64,000 nt of DNA from Chromera velia. Lineage: Eukaryota. Numbering within the stretch: the stretch's first letter is position 1; each line of letters begins with the position of its first letter. Below the pieces are notes generated by a model. It searched no databases. It saw only the letters and a program-made list of their open reading frames with translations, and was not told the DNA's origin. The position numbers and the translations under genes are program-made. Where the stretch lies: the NCBI GenBank assembly GCA_018398765.1, contig JAHBMJ010000266.1, positions 62,001 through 126,000 on the forward strand. Reading direction: 5' to 3'. Positions 1 to 12,500 of this stretch are shown piece by piece.

Positions 1-5
1 TTGAC

Positions 6-57
6 TTACGGAAAATTCCGACTGTCGGGAAATTCCGACCTTCGGAATTTTCCGTAA
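6..57. repeat. Cluster of CGGAAAATTCCGA motifs forming a perfect 16-bp inverted repeat (likely transposon terminal/subterminal repeat, may continue beyond window edge)
   Basis: TTACGGAAAATTCCGA (6-21) is the exact reverse complement of TCGGAATTTTCCGTAA (42-57). A variant copy lies between them. The same motif forms an array at 3426-3585. Confidence 0.75.
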
Positions 58-268
58 ACTCCATCCCCAAGTCTCTCCAGCAAGGCTTGGAGGAGTATTA
101 TGACATCAAGACGCTGAGAGCAAAAGTGGTTAGATAGGTACAATTTCAAGTGAAAAAGACAATCTGAGTAACAGCTGAGCTACGCTTAGAAGATTCCGTT
201 TTTACCTCCTTTCTTTAAATCCCTCTCAGTCTCTCCCACATAGTCGCAGTTCTTCTTGGAAGACCCCG

Positions 269-2065
269 ATGGAAGAACAAACTATTGTTCCCCATGCAGC
301 GACCGCGGCGGCTACTCTTCCCAGTATAAAAGACCAGCTACAGGGCTTTCCAGGACGCATCAAAGATTATGTGATCGCTTGTAAAGAACACCCCATCTTT
401 CAGGCGGTGCCCGAAAATCAAAGGTACACTGACAGCGTCCACGTACCTTTACCTACGGCCCGCAGTCTGCTCGACTCACACGAGACCCGAATCTATGCCG
501 AGATGCAGGGGGTAGAGGTAGATGCAAAAATAGTATGCGATAAGTATCAGGTCGGGTACAGACTGTCCCCTTTCGCAGGGATTCACGCTTCCAACTTTAC
601 AGTTGAGAGCCTCGCGCTGGTGGCTGCAGGCCACGAACAGTTCTGGCTTAGACAGACCGGCATGGATGTGGTGACCGAGGTACAAAGAAAACATAGACTG
701 GAAACCGACCCTCGATACTCCGTGAGGCACGACATCGAGCAGGTTGACATCATTCAACATAGGAGAGTTCTCGAGTGTGGTGTGACACTCATAGCGTGTG
801 CAGTAGTGAATGGAGGGGTAGCTCTTGAATGGAGCAAGGCGGCCCTTGAGGACTTACACGTTTACCACTACGCCCGCGTGAGGGATGATACCTACCCAGG
901 GCCAGGAATCCCCTGGCAAGCATTGAAAAAACTATGTGATCTCAACCCCCAATTCGCACCCTGTTGGCATTGCTAAGAAGACCTGGATAGGATGCGGAAA
1001 GGTCTTGTCCCCCCAGGGTCCGTGATATTTTGGAATCTAGATTACAAAGAGGCTTAAGCAAAGGGAATGATCGTTTTCCCTGGGCCACTCTTACAGAATA
1101 GAAGAGTTGTAGCAGCAATGACTCTTCTAAATTCTTTCCGACTCGAGAATGTGCGTGTCTATTGCCCTATAAAAGAAGCAATGGAAAAGGGGAATGTGTA
1201 TATGGTCACCAAGGGGGGAGTCGAAAGAGGTGAGGTCTCTATGGATAAGGACCCTGCTTCTGAGAGCCCTGTGCTCTCCCCAATCACAGAACCCGACTCC
1301 GAGTTAAACTCCGAGTATGAATCAGACACTCAAGATGAAGAGAATGAAGGAAGAAAGGGAAAAAGGAAGAGAGAATTCAGTCTTACCGCACCTGTGGTAC
1401 CTTCCTTGTCAGCTGCCCTTTCTGCGGCAATTGCAGTGGCCCAACCAGTGACTCCTTCAGAGGTTCCCGATGAATCAGACCCTGCTTTCCATCCACTCTC
1501 CTCCCCTGTTTACCCCAACGATTCCGTCCCTCCCCCTCCTCAACCTCACCAGCAACAGCAGCAGCAGCAACAACAATAAAATGCAGCCACACCGATGTTG
1601 ACAGCACAGGTGGGAGGCATCGCTACTCTGTTACCCTCTGCACCGGGCATATCGCCTGTGTTCTTTGCTGACAGTAGCCCCCAACCCTATCAGCAGACAG
1701 GGCCGCTCAGTCCATTCCGTCAGCTATCCCTTCTACCCGCCCCCGCATTCGCCTCAGATTTTCTACCTGCCCCCACTGCAGAGCCACCTGCCGGGTACCT
1801 AACCGGGTATCCTTTTGATCAACCCGAACCCAAGTACTGGATTCAGGGCCTCGGAGACTTTATCCTTCCAATCAATGTGCTTGGGCACTGTATGTGCAGA
1901 ACGGATGAGAAACTTTAGCTTATCATCCCACCAAACTGGCGGGTCCCCGCCCCTGTTCCCCCGCTGCCCCTGGCAGGAGAGCCCCTTCCCAACGCGCTGG
2001 AGGGGAAACTCTTCTGCAGAATCTGCACGAAGGAACGGAGGGGGTGGGAGTAAGCGCTCTCAACT
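269..2065 (+). pseudogene. Stop-interrupted ~600-codon ORF of unknown function (CxxC motifs, acidic/Pro/polyQ middle)
   Basis: ORFs 269-976, 1067-1579 and 1595-1918 share one frame. They are separated only by TAA/TAG codons (974, 1055, 1577 inside a CAA/CAG run, 1916, ~2051). Reading continues to a GTAAGT donor-like site at 2066. Motifs CWHC and CRIC, plus HCMC. Confidence 0.7.
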
Positions 2066-3289
2066 GTAAGTCTGAGGGCAGAGTGATCGGAAGGAAGGAA
2101 GATAAAAGGCCGGTTGAGCTGTTCATATAGTTTGACTCGCAGAAGAATGAGTCAGACACAGTGTCTGGTCCTTTTTCCTATTTTGCATGAACAGGAAAAG
2201 AAAGGGGGGGGGCTGGTTTAAAACAGGCCGTTTGATCAATTTCTGTCAAGACCTTCTTTTGTGTCTTTGTCTCTTTTGTTTAATTCATTAATAGCATGAC
2301 TGCATCACAAATAGGGGGGAAAGACACAAATTGACATCTCTTTCTGATGCGATATCGAGAAGGGGACAAAGAGGGGAAAGTGGGACCTAGAAGAGCTTGT
2401 AAACTTTAAGATAAGGACACGATTTTTTTTCTCTCTTTATGTTTCTTTTCTCTGCATGAGCCATCTGGCTGGCCGACTATGGCGGCCAGTTGTCTGCTTT
2501 GTTTTTGCGTCTGCATACTTTCTCCTTATGGAAAATATTCTTTGCTTGTCAAGACAACATGAATTAAAGAGCACGCTGTCATTATCCGTTTTTTCCACTT
2601 CTTGCACTCATCTGATTGAATAACAAATCGTTCAACGATCTGTGTTTATGCCGTTTATGTCTCTCGCTGGAAAGAAATCGCATTTGTGAAGGTTGCTTGA
2701 CAACATGATGCTGCCATAAAGCATGGGTAACAATCAAACGTTGCAGTTGGCATTGAGTCAATACATATTTCTCATCAACTTGAACACATTTATTTGGGCT
2801 CCTGGATTCAATCCATTCTCCGGAGTTTTCCCCAATTTCATAAACTGTTTACGTCTACTTCGCCTCATTCTATCAATTATTATAATTATATTCAAACTAA
2901 TAAACTACATGAAGAATGATCGACGAATATAAATAGTTCTCATATCCAACTCCTAAGAATAATATGTCATGTCCAAGAAAGGTATTTATTTTTTAACCGA
3001 TCGGGACGATCGTCTTGCACAGGAGGGATGTGTCACGTCCAAAGAAAGGCTAGAGGAAAGGTAAAATATTAAAAATAAACAGGAATAATTTTTTAGAATG
3101 ATTTCAAAACTTTTAAGAAAGAATAGATAGAAAGACACTATGTATAATCTTGCACAGGAGGGATCATCAGTTAAATTAATATCTTATAATTTAAATTAAA
3201 CATTAATTTCTTTAAAAACAGAATAAATCAGAATATATTACAATACAATACAACACACAATTAAATTCAATAATAATTAAATATAACCA

Positions 3290-3425
3290 GATGCAATATG
3301 CAGTGAGTGCAACATCCTAAGTTGAATTAGTGCAACACTCATGTAACACTAATGCAACATCATGCAACACTAATGCAACACTGCAACACATATATGCAGC
3401 ACTATAACAGATTTGTACAACACTT
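3290..3425 (+). repeat. Degenerate TGCAACAC/TGCAACAT short tandem array
   Basis: About 8-10 copies of (a)tgcaaca(c/t) in ~130 bp, directly upstream of the CGGAAAATTCCG array. Confidence 0.7.
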
Positions 3426-3585
3426 GCGGATTTTTCCAACACTTGCGGAAAATTCCACACTTGCGGAAAATTCCGACGTTTGCGGAAAATTCCGACTTAC
3501 GCAAAATTCCGATTTGCGGAGAATTCCGACTGGTAGAAAATTCCGATATATGCAGATTTAGTAACATGCGGAATTTTCCGTACAT
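3426..3585. repeat. Array of ~8 TTGCGGAAAATTCCGAC-like units ending in an inverted copy
   Basis: Direct copies about every 17-20 bp, then GCGGAATTTTCCGTA in inverted orientation. Same layout as positions 6-57. Confidence 0.8.
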
Positions 3586-4019
3586 GTGAAAAACCAAAAC
3601 TCGGATAAAAAGTTTGGTAGCACCTCAGTGACAGATTCCAGAGAGTGATTGAATCGACTGTCGAAAAATTCCGCAACTCGTTCATTCAGGTCTTTGACAG
3701 TTGAAATCAACTAGAGGAACTCTCGGGACTTAGGTGACTTTGACTGATCAACAAACTCTGCATCAAAAACCTTCAAATACTGTGCAATTCATCAATACCT
3801 GCATCAGTGAATACCGATTTGAACTGGACTCCGCCCTCTTGTCCAAGATTCTGCTCTACCCGGTCGACAAGAAGTCGACGAGTAGAACAGAACAACGTTA
3901 ATGCTCTATGAACGTGTGCTAAGTTATGATATGGTGATGATGAATTATAGTGACTTAGAAAAAAGCCTCTCTAAACTCCAGTCCGATGCTCTTCAGGTAT
4001 TCAATCACCATCTCTCCAT

Positions 4020-4966
4020 CTAGCTCGTAATCAAATGCCTCGGCAGACTTATCCGATGCAAGATCGAGTCCTTGGAGTCCCAAAATCTAAGTCTCTCTCC
4101 TGTGGTGCCCGGCGTTCCTCTGATGAACCCTCTGGAGTGGAGGTTGGTGTGTGTGGTGACCAGCAAGTCCTGGTGCGGTAAGGTGAGACGGTTTCTCTTC
4201 TCAGAGTAAACCTGGTCGTAGAGAAAGAACCTCCGCTCACAGAGCCCCGCCGTGTTAACGGCCTGAAAGACCTCCATGGTGAGGGAGGCGTTCTTAGGGG
4301 CTTGAGCAGCTCTCATATGTAGCTCGTAGAGAGTACTAGTCAAAGAGATAGGAGTTTCAAGATTTTCTTAAAAGTAAGGGGTACTTTCAAGTTGCTATAA
4401 AAAATATTGCTCCTCGGTATAAGTAGATCATCATCAAACCTGTATTGTAAGCAGGTGTGACGCTGTCATCCCCAACAATATACAGTTAAGCTAAAGAGGA
4501 GGCATCGCAGCCTGTAGTACCTTGCACCACTCTGACGTCATCTACAAAAACATCGTTACCCTAGATTTCCTCCGCCTCTCGACTTCAACATGTATGCAAA
4601 ACCTCGTCTAAGTACCCAAGGGGTGGAACAGAAACCTTGTATTCTTGTGGTTGAGAGGCTTTACTTAAAGCCATCTTTTTCTCTAATTTGTATTTACTAT
4701 AAAACCATAATGAAAACTCACTAAAACACTAGTAAAAGGTTACTAAAAACATAAGGAAAAATATGCTAAAGGTAGGCTTTAAGTAGCCTAAAACTTAGCT
4801 GAAAAGCTTATAGAAAGGTAGTGGGATGAGCGGCGGGCGGCCTGCCCAACTTAGTAAAGTAGGGCGAGGCGGGCCGCTCGAACTGTACTGTACTGTACTG
4901 TACTAGTTTTGCTTCTATACTGTACTGTACTAGTACAACTATGACCATAAGTACTACACCACGCTG
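4020..4966 (-). mobile_element. hAT-superfamily DNA transposon relic (transposase C-terminal dimerisation domain fragment)
   Basis: Minus-strand ORF 4020-4343 contains CERRFFLYDQVYSEKRNRLT...LLVTTHTNL, matching the hAT dimerisation motif ERxFS...xKRNRL. Putative terminus CAGCGTGGTG at 4966 with CTGTA subterminal repeats (4884-4935). Other terminus not found. Confidence 0.65.
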
Positions 4967-5341
4967 GTTATAAGAAATATTTATTTCCAAAAACCGATAT
5001 TGCCTCGAACTACCATTTTCACTACTATAAGATTCCTTTTTACTTGTCTGCATATAGAGGCTTGTCCTTTGAGCGGAGGTCTGAAGCAATCAGATACCAC
5101 CTCGGTCTGAACATGCAAGTTTACCAAAGTCCAAAAGGAAGAGAAGGTTTTGCTGTGAAAGGCCTAGACCTACACTGAGACCTACACCACCAACACTTTG
5201 CACCTAGGTGGCTACGTGCCTTAGACCTAGATACGTCTTTCCTATAGAGAGTAGCAGGTACCTACGTAGATAAGTTTTATACGAACTACCAGTTAATTAT
5301 TCCTGGCATGTGGATAGACAAAGGCATTGTTAGCAGCACCA

Positions 5342-7560
5342 ATGGTGAGAACAAGGTCTGGTAACCCCGTTCTCAACCTACAGGACATGGACGAGGTAGA
5401 GGCCGAGATCAAGAAGAAGAAGAACAAGGGCAACGTGAGCAAGAAGAAGAAGAACGAGGAGGAACAGAAGGATGAGAGTCAAGGAAACGAACATGGACAG
5501 AACGGAGCGGAAGTGAAAAATCCTTCCAATCCTGAGGCAGTCCCAACAGATCAGAACGCCAAGCATATCGTATACGCCGCCCTTACCGATGGAACGCAAG
5601 TTCCGATGGAGGTCCCTAAGATTGACTTCGATGCCTTCACAAAATTCCAAAAGGCCAACTAACACCATGCATAAACTGGAGCTGTTGCGGCTCATCCCTC
5701 TTTCCCTCCCTCCTCCCTTCCTCCTGCTATGTCTCTTCCCTCACACCCTTATGCAGGCGGCACATCAGACAGCCCACAGCCGACTGCACTGCAATACTCC
5801 TACATGCCACAGCACGGTCACTACCCCTACATGCCGCAGCCTGGTCCCACCTACGTTGCTCAGGCATCTGGCTCCGCCGTTGCCCCTCACAACCATAACG
5901 CCCAAAGCGCCACCTACATCCCACATACCGGCAATACTGCCGCCACTCAAGTCGCCCAGAGAGGCGCAGCCCCCACCAACGTCAATGCCGCTGGCAATTT
6001 TGGCGAAGCCGCGCGCATCCGCCAAGGAGGAGTTGAGAGCAACACCGCCACTGCTGGCGAAGCAAACCAGAATGGCAGAGGCACCATCAACCCCAATGCG
6101 GGCGAAGCGATCGGCAACGGCACAGGCAACAACCCTAACAGCAACCACTCCCATGCTGGTAAAGAGAACCTGATCGGCAGAGAGAACTATGCCCCCATTT
6201 CTAGCGCACTCCCACACACCGCTCAGGAGAGCGCTCTGATGAATCAAGGAGAATTCATCCAGATTCCCCTCACTCCAGACGGAAACAGGAGAAAGTGGGA
6301 TAGGAAAGAGATCATGCATGACATGAGTGGTATGACCATGCAAGGAATGAATATAGGATACACAGAACCGCGTGCAAGACCCGATCTATCCGTCATAAGA
6401 TCAATGAATGGAATGAGAGAGGAAGGTACAGAGAGGGAAAGAGAAAGGAAGAAAAGAGTACTACAGTTCAAGACAGAACTTCCTGAATTTGCCGGGAACA
6501 AGTCGAATGCGAGCAGTTTCTGGAAAAGAATGCAGAGAATGGCAGAGACGTGCGAAAGGGAAATGGAGGACTTCACAGACATCTACCTTCCCCAGTCTCT
6601 AAAAAGAGCGGCAAAGAAGTGGTTCGACTGCATCTCTGACACATCCTTGAGGAAGTTAACCACACTCGATGCGTGGTATGATTTTTTTTTCAATCGATTT
6701 GGCATGCAGAAAGGAGAGAAAGCACAGAGCAAAAGAGAATTACTGACTATCAAACAAGAGGTGGAAGAAACTCTTGATAAACACATCTCCCGCTTACGAT
6801 GTGCCAGGAAGCCTCTCAGTTACAAGATGAGAAAGACTGCATGCAGGGATTCATAGAGGGATTGAAAGCAGAGATGAGTCCCGTCAAGCTCTTGCTATAC
6901 GGTCGATCGTTCGATTCTTTCAATCAACTAGTGAAGGAAATCAAAGAAATGGAACGCACTCTTATCTCCAAAAAGAAAAGAAAAGGAGCAGACATGTAGA
7001 GTGAGGAACTGCAGACAGCAAGACACCCACGCGTGAATGTAGTAGAGACAGACAGATAGGCTGACCAGCAATATGATACACCGGTATCGCATGCTCCAAC
7101 AGCATTCGGGCCCCCATTGGGCATGTACGCCTCACTGCATGCAGCCACAGGACCGTACAAGTACGGAAACGCCAACCTTTGCATAGCTGCAGTGAACTAT
7201 TCAGCGCTGACTCAAGACAGACACACAGGTATTATCGATCCATCATGTATCCGTTACAAGGGAAACCACCGCCACTTTCCTGATGAAAGTTGTCCTATCA
7301 AACCGAAAAGCGTCTGTTTTCGTTGTTTTCAAACCGAACACATCGCGGAAGCATGCTCCAAACCACCCGAAAACATGAGAAGGCAGACAGGCTCATACAC
7401 AAACCGGGGCAATCATCCCTAGAATAGACCACAAGTAACCAGCCAGACATACGCACACCAGCAGAGACAGTATTAGGGAGGGGGAAATCGCATGTAAAAC
7501 CCCCCTCCTCACCTCCTGGGAAGAGCTCCCCTGTTCCCACAGACACCATGCAACGGTCCT
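5342..7560 (+). pseudogene. gag: gag pseudogene (capsid-like region plus CCHC zinc knuckle)
   Basis: Starts MVRTRSG. Capsid-like segment LPEFAG...AAKKWF...FFNRFG...IKQEVEETLDKHISRL. Zinc knuckle CFRCFQTEHIAEAC (CX2CX4HX4C) at 7315-7356. Stops at 5660, 5672, 6997, 7057, 7420, 7474, 7495, and a frameshift near 6800. Confidence 0.85.
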
Positions 7561-8383
7561 CCACTGACCCAAACGAACCGTGTACACATCACCCCACCCA
7601 TGCAGAAAGGCCAAAAACACTGAAAGGTCTGCGGGGGAGGGGTGCTCGCAGGCTATCTCCTCAACCCCTTCTGCATGCAGCAGAGACAATGAAACAATGC
7701 ATGAAGTGAAATTCTTTTTTCCTTTTTCGTTTCCTTATGTTTCATCACTTTCTCCTCCATGCGTGAATGATGATAAGGAAAGACTGTTTTCTTTCTGTGC
7801 TCCCAAGGCTACTGATTTCCGCATGGACTGTCGGGGAACGGGAACGGGAAAAGGGGTAATGCACAAGGGAAACAGTCATGTGCAGGCTCAAACGGAAATC
7901 AACAACATGCTGAAATTCTTTTTTCCAGTTCTCCTGGGGATTGGGAAGGGTAGAAAGACAGAGATAGAAAGGTAGAAAATGGAAGGGGACTCTGACCGAG
8001 GATCGGTTATCTCGATAAGAGACGACAGAGAGGAGGAAAGCAGCAAACCTCGGAAAAAGTTAGGGAACGGGAACGGGAACGGGAAAGGGATGAGTAGAGA
8101 GGCAGAAATCAGAAAAGCAATGGACCAAGAAAGCACAGCCAAAAGGGGGGGGGGACAGATAGGCATATTAATATCAGATGGACAGACAAAGAAAAGCAAA
8201 TAAAGAGAAGGAACAAAACAGGTGCGATTCAGCGAGTTCGATGAACATCTGCACTTCGAAAAACAGGAGTGCGCAACTCAGTGTTAGAAGAAAGGAACCA
8301 TGCATGAACACGCCAAACAAAGAGACGTACAAGAGAAGCAAAAGGCATTCAGAAAGGCAGAGAAATAGAAAAGAGAAAAGAGA

Positions 8384-8800
8384 ATGAAGAAGAAAGTCGC
8401 TCACATGAAAATCACAGGAACGGCAGGTATTGCCGTGTACCTCGAGAATTCCGTGCACGCACCTGCATTACTCGATTCAGGGGCAGAGATAAGTCTCATT
8501 AGTGGGCAGTTATGGAAACAACTGCGCTATTTGAACCCATCGTTGAAAGAAAATTTATCTAACATGTCCATCAGTGGAGAAGAGCTAGGGGAGTGAAATT
8601 TCGAATGAAGGCATCGTTTCTCTATTATTTTTCCTAGGAGGAAAGCGTAGGTATTCCTTCTACATTTCTAACTCTCTGAAAAACACTATGATCCTCAGGA
8701 AAGACTGGCTCGATCGAAACGTAGACGCCTGGCTTTTCTAACCAGACAGACTGAAAATAAAAGACAACAAACACTTAGAAAAGGAAGCAGCAACGATTCT
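8384..8800 (+). pseudogene. Retroviral-type aspartic protease (degenerate)
   Basis: ALLDSGAEISLIS catalytic motif. Broken by a stop at 8594 and frameshifts; downstream ILRKDWL resembles the ILGxDWL motif. Confidence 0.85.
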
Positions 8801-9379
8801 TTTAACACCGGGCCCATAGTTGATTTAGAGAAGGCTCATCGCCTTCGACCAGTGACAATAGCAACGGCACGAAAAGAAAACCTACCAGGAAGGAACCTGA
8901 CCCATCTGTCTCTCTCACTGCCTCCAACCTGTCATATTCCGAATGGGTCAACGGTGTATGTCGAACCCTGTGAAGGTACCTTTCCTGCAGGGATCGTCAT
9001 TAAAAATTTGGTGTGTGAAGTACAAGACAGATGCGTGAGCGTGCTCATGATCAATGTATCAGATCGAAGAGTCTCTCTCCCTTCCCACCTGAAGGTTGCG
9101 CGAGTAACAATACACGTGACTGACCCCGAACTGGAAAAGAAGGCAGAGGAAGAAAGAAAGAGAGTAGCAACCATATAGGCAAAGGAACAAAAGGATGGCT
9201 TAGTTAAGAAAAAAAGAGAAAAGAATGAACAGCAAAAGAAGAAAGCAGAGGAAGACATCGACAAGGCCCTCGAAAGCAGCCCTCACCTGATAGAGGTCCA
9301 GAGGTCGACAGTGAGGAACTTGCTTCTCGAATTTACCTGCTTACATCCAACGAAAACAGATTGAGGGACGTTCAAAAGG

Positions 9380-10210
9380 GTCGAGGCAGAGGTAAACACA
9401 CAGGGGTTGGGACCGATTTTCGTTCGACCACGACCGATCCCATATGCATTGAAGGAAGAAGTGAACGAAACAATTGATCAGTGGTTGGAAGCAGACATCA
9501 TCGTACCTTGTGCATCGCCATGGGGGGCACCCCTCGTCTGTGTACGGAAGCCAAACGGAAAACTCCGCCTGTGCATGGACATGTGGAAATTGAACAAAAT
9601 CCTGCGTAGGGACAGATATCCACTCCCAAACATGGATGGGATATTGCATAGGCTAAGAGGCACGACCTGGTACACAGCGATTGATTTGATTTCTGGATTC
9701 ATGCAAATACCAATAAAGAAGGAAGACTAACCGAAACTTGCTTTTGTCATACCCGATCGAGCGCAATTCACCTTCATCAAACTGCCCTTCGGCCTGAGCA
9801 ACGCATCTAGCTATTTCCAGCGAGCAGTCGATTCCATGCTACAGGGACTGCTGAATGTTTGCGCTATGGCTTTCGTTGACGATTGCATCATTTCGAGTGA
9901 AGATTTTGATACCCATCTGAGTGACATGAGAAAAGTGTTCGAAAGAATGGCCGCTTCTGGCATCAAAATTTCGATCCAGAAGTGCAAATTCGCGATGCGT
10001 GAATTGACATACCTGGGCCACGAAGTCACACCTGAAGGAATCAAGCCATCGACACAGAAAGTCAAGGCTATCCTGCAGGCAGTTGAACCAAAGAATGCAA
10101 AGGAATTAAAGAGATTCTTGGGAATGATCGGATGGCACCGAAAATTTATTGATCGTTTTGCAGAGATTAGCGCCCCATTGTATGACTTGTTATCAAAGAA
10201 AACGAAATAG
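9380..10210 (+). pseudogene. pol: Reverse transcriptase domain of pol
   Basis: SPWGAPLVCVRKPNGKLRLCMD, YPLP, IDLISGFMQI, LPFGLSNA, FVDD catalytic motif, YLGH, FLGMIGWHRKFI. In-frame TAA at 9728 and TAG at 10208. Confidence 0.95.
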
Positions 10211-10680
10211 CACTTCGAGGAGCCACAGAGACAGGCATATGCAAAACTGAAAGAAAGCTTAGCATCTGCACCAGTCCTTGCGCACCCTGACTTTTCCCTG
10301 CCCTTCATCCTGAAAACAGATGCGAGTGTGTCCAGGAATGCAGTTAGTGCAATTCTTGTACAAGAAATAGAGGGAGAAGAGAGACCGATTGCGTTTGCAA
10401 GCAGAAAATTGAGGAGATCGAATCGCGTTATTGTATATCTGAGCAAGAGGGAGTGGGATTGGTTTGGGGAGTTGAAACTTTCAAGGGGTTTTTTTACAGA
10501 AGGAAATTCACGATTATTATGGATCACAGAAGTTTACAGTGAATTAAAAGCCAGCGTGACACTTCATCCAGATTGATGAGATGGTCGTTGCATCTTTCGA
10601 TTTATGATTTTGAAGTCATCCACCGACCCGGTCAGAACCAGATCGATGCAGACAGTTTGACTTGACCTCCTTTCGTCTCT
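10211..10680 (+). pseudogene. pol: Ty3/Gypsy RNase H domain of pol
   Basis: [39 protein letters not shown]. Later RWSLHL..YDFEVIHRPG.NQIDADSL. Frameshifted. Confidence 0.9.
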
Positions 10681-10974
10681 GATCACTATCCCCCTCCAAC
10701 TCCTAACGATCATACTGACCAGGAGATAGTCATCGCAGGGGTGATGATAAGGAAAAGGAAGGCAAAAGAGGCATTGAGACAAGCCGAAGCAGAAAAAAGA
10801 AAGGAGAAGGCAGACGAAGAGAAGAATGTGAAGGACTCCGGAAGACAGAAAGAAAGATCGGTTGATGAAAAAAACCTGTAAGCCAAAAGAAGGAAGGAAG
10901 AAATTTTAAAGCATGAGAAGGAGAGAAAAGAGGAAGCAAAACAGAGCACTCAAGTAGCCAAGCCGCCAGCAGAA

Positions 10975-12260
10975 ATGATTTGTGCACCACTTTTGCACAA
11001 GGATTTAAAAACGGAACAGAGAAAAGACAGAGAGATGAGTAGAATGATTGACATGCTTGAAGGGAGAGAACTTCCCGAAGGCATCACACACAACGAGAAA
11101 GTCAAGATGTTTGCACAAGAGCCTCTATACACAGTGCATGATGGGCTCTTGATGAGAATCTTGCCAACTGCAAATAACCATGCAAAGGGAGCTCGCTTTC
11201 TCGTTGCAGTACCCGCATCCCTCAGGAAGACACTGCTCCATGCAGCACATGATCATCTGCTGTCCGGACACTGCGGCATCCATAAGACCATCCACTCACT
11301 GTCCGAACGATTTTTTTGGCCTTCTCTTCAGGCTGACATGAAGAAACATGTATTGACGTGCAGAAAGTGTCAGGAGAGAAAGAAACAGGCAGAGAAAGGA
11401 GCATTCGATGCACAAGTCATACCGGATGAGCCGCTAACCAGTTTTGCCATCGACTGTGTAGGGCCCTTGCCCCACACAGAGAACGGAAACATGTGCATCC
11501 TCTCAGTCATCGATCTGGCTTCTCGATATGTTCAGCTCATTCCACTGCAGAACATAAAAGGAGTGATGGTCGCACGTGCATTAGTTCAAGAAGTCATATG
11601 CAGATGGGGACCACCGGTAAAACTGATCAGTGATCGAGGCTCAAATTTTCTTAAACCTGTTGTAGAAGCCGTGAAGAATTTGTTCGGTACAAAAAGGGTG
11701 TGTTGCACAGCCTATCACCCTCAGACAAATGGAAGAATAGAACGCATGCATCGAGACATCAAGCACATGATCTCTATATACATCGACCGATAGATAGACA
11801 AATGGGACGATTTTTTTTGCTTCGCAGCAATGGCACACAACCAGTCTTTCCACTCTTTGATCGGCATGAGTCCGTACAAGTTTATACATGGGCGCAGGCC
11901 CAACTCCATCTTACACCTTCTCTCTTCCCTCGAGTCAGACACAGCCATCTTACCTGATGACTACGTCCAGGTCCTAGGGGACATTTGAAGAGAGAATGCA
12001 GATCATTCCGTATTGTTTCAGAGAGCTGCAATCCAACGCATGCGCAGAAAGTTAAGGGAAGGAGGGAAGGCAGTCAGAGAATACAAGAAAGGCGATTTTG
12101 TGTTTTTGTTGAGAGGTAACCCGCATGCTCTTGAACCGAAGTGGGATGGGCCATAGGTGCTCATGGACCTACTGAGACCAAACGGAACCGCACAGGTAAA
12201 GAGAGTAGGCAGCCAGAGAACAGACACTGTGAATCGATCAAGACTAGCGCCGTACCTTTG
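10975..12260 (+). pseudogene. pol: Integrase (HHCC zinc finger, DDE core, GPY/F-like)
   Basis: HDHLLSGH...CRKC; AIDCVGPLP; ISDRGSNF; YHPQTNGRIERMH; PKWDGP. Stops at 11791, ~11986 and 12154. Confidence 0.95.
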
Positions 12261-12349
12261 TCAAGATACAGAAAAAAGTGAGGAACTTGAGAGGAAATTC
12301 ATCGAAGAAAAGCTCGACCCTGAGGAGGAGGAAGAGGACGATCAGAATG

Positions 12350-12500
12350 AGGAAGACTTCGAAGTAGAAGAAGTCATTGGAAAAAGGGAGAAAGACAGAA
12401 AATTGGAGTACCTGTTGCGATATCTGAACTACCGCAAACCTGCATGGATGAAAGAATCCAAGATGAATTGTCCTCGTTTAGTTGAAGAATATGAAAAGAA
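12350..12500 (+). pseudogene. Chromodomain at integrase C-terminus
   Basis: EDFEVEEVIGKREKDRKLEYLLRYLNYRKPAWMKESKMNCPRLVEEY fits the chromodomain pattern (F/Y)EVExI...YLV(K/R)W...W....L.C..LI..(F/Y). Confidence 0.8.

Noticed and set aside
8852..9178. Functional dUTPase between protease and RT
   Set aside because: Only a beta-rich spacer of the kind often seen at this position in Gypsy pol; catalytic dUTPase motifs are not recognisable.
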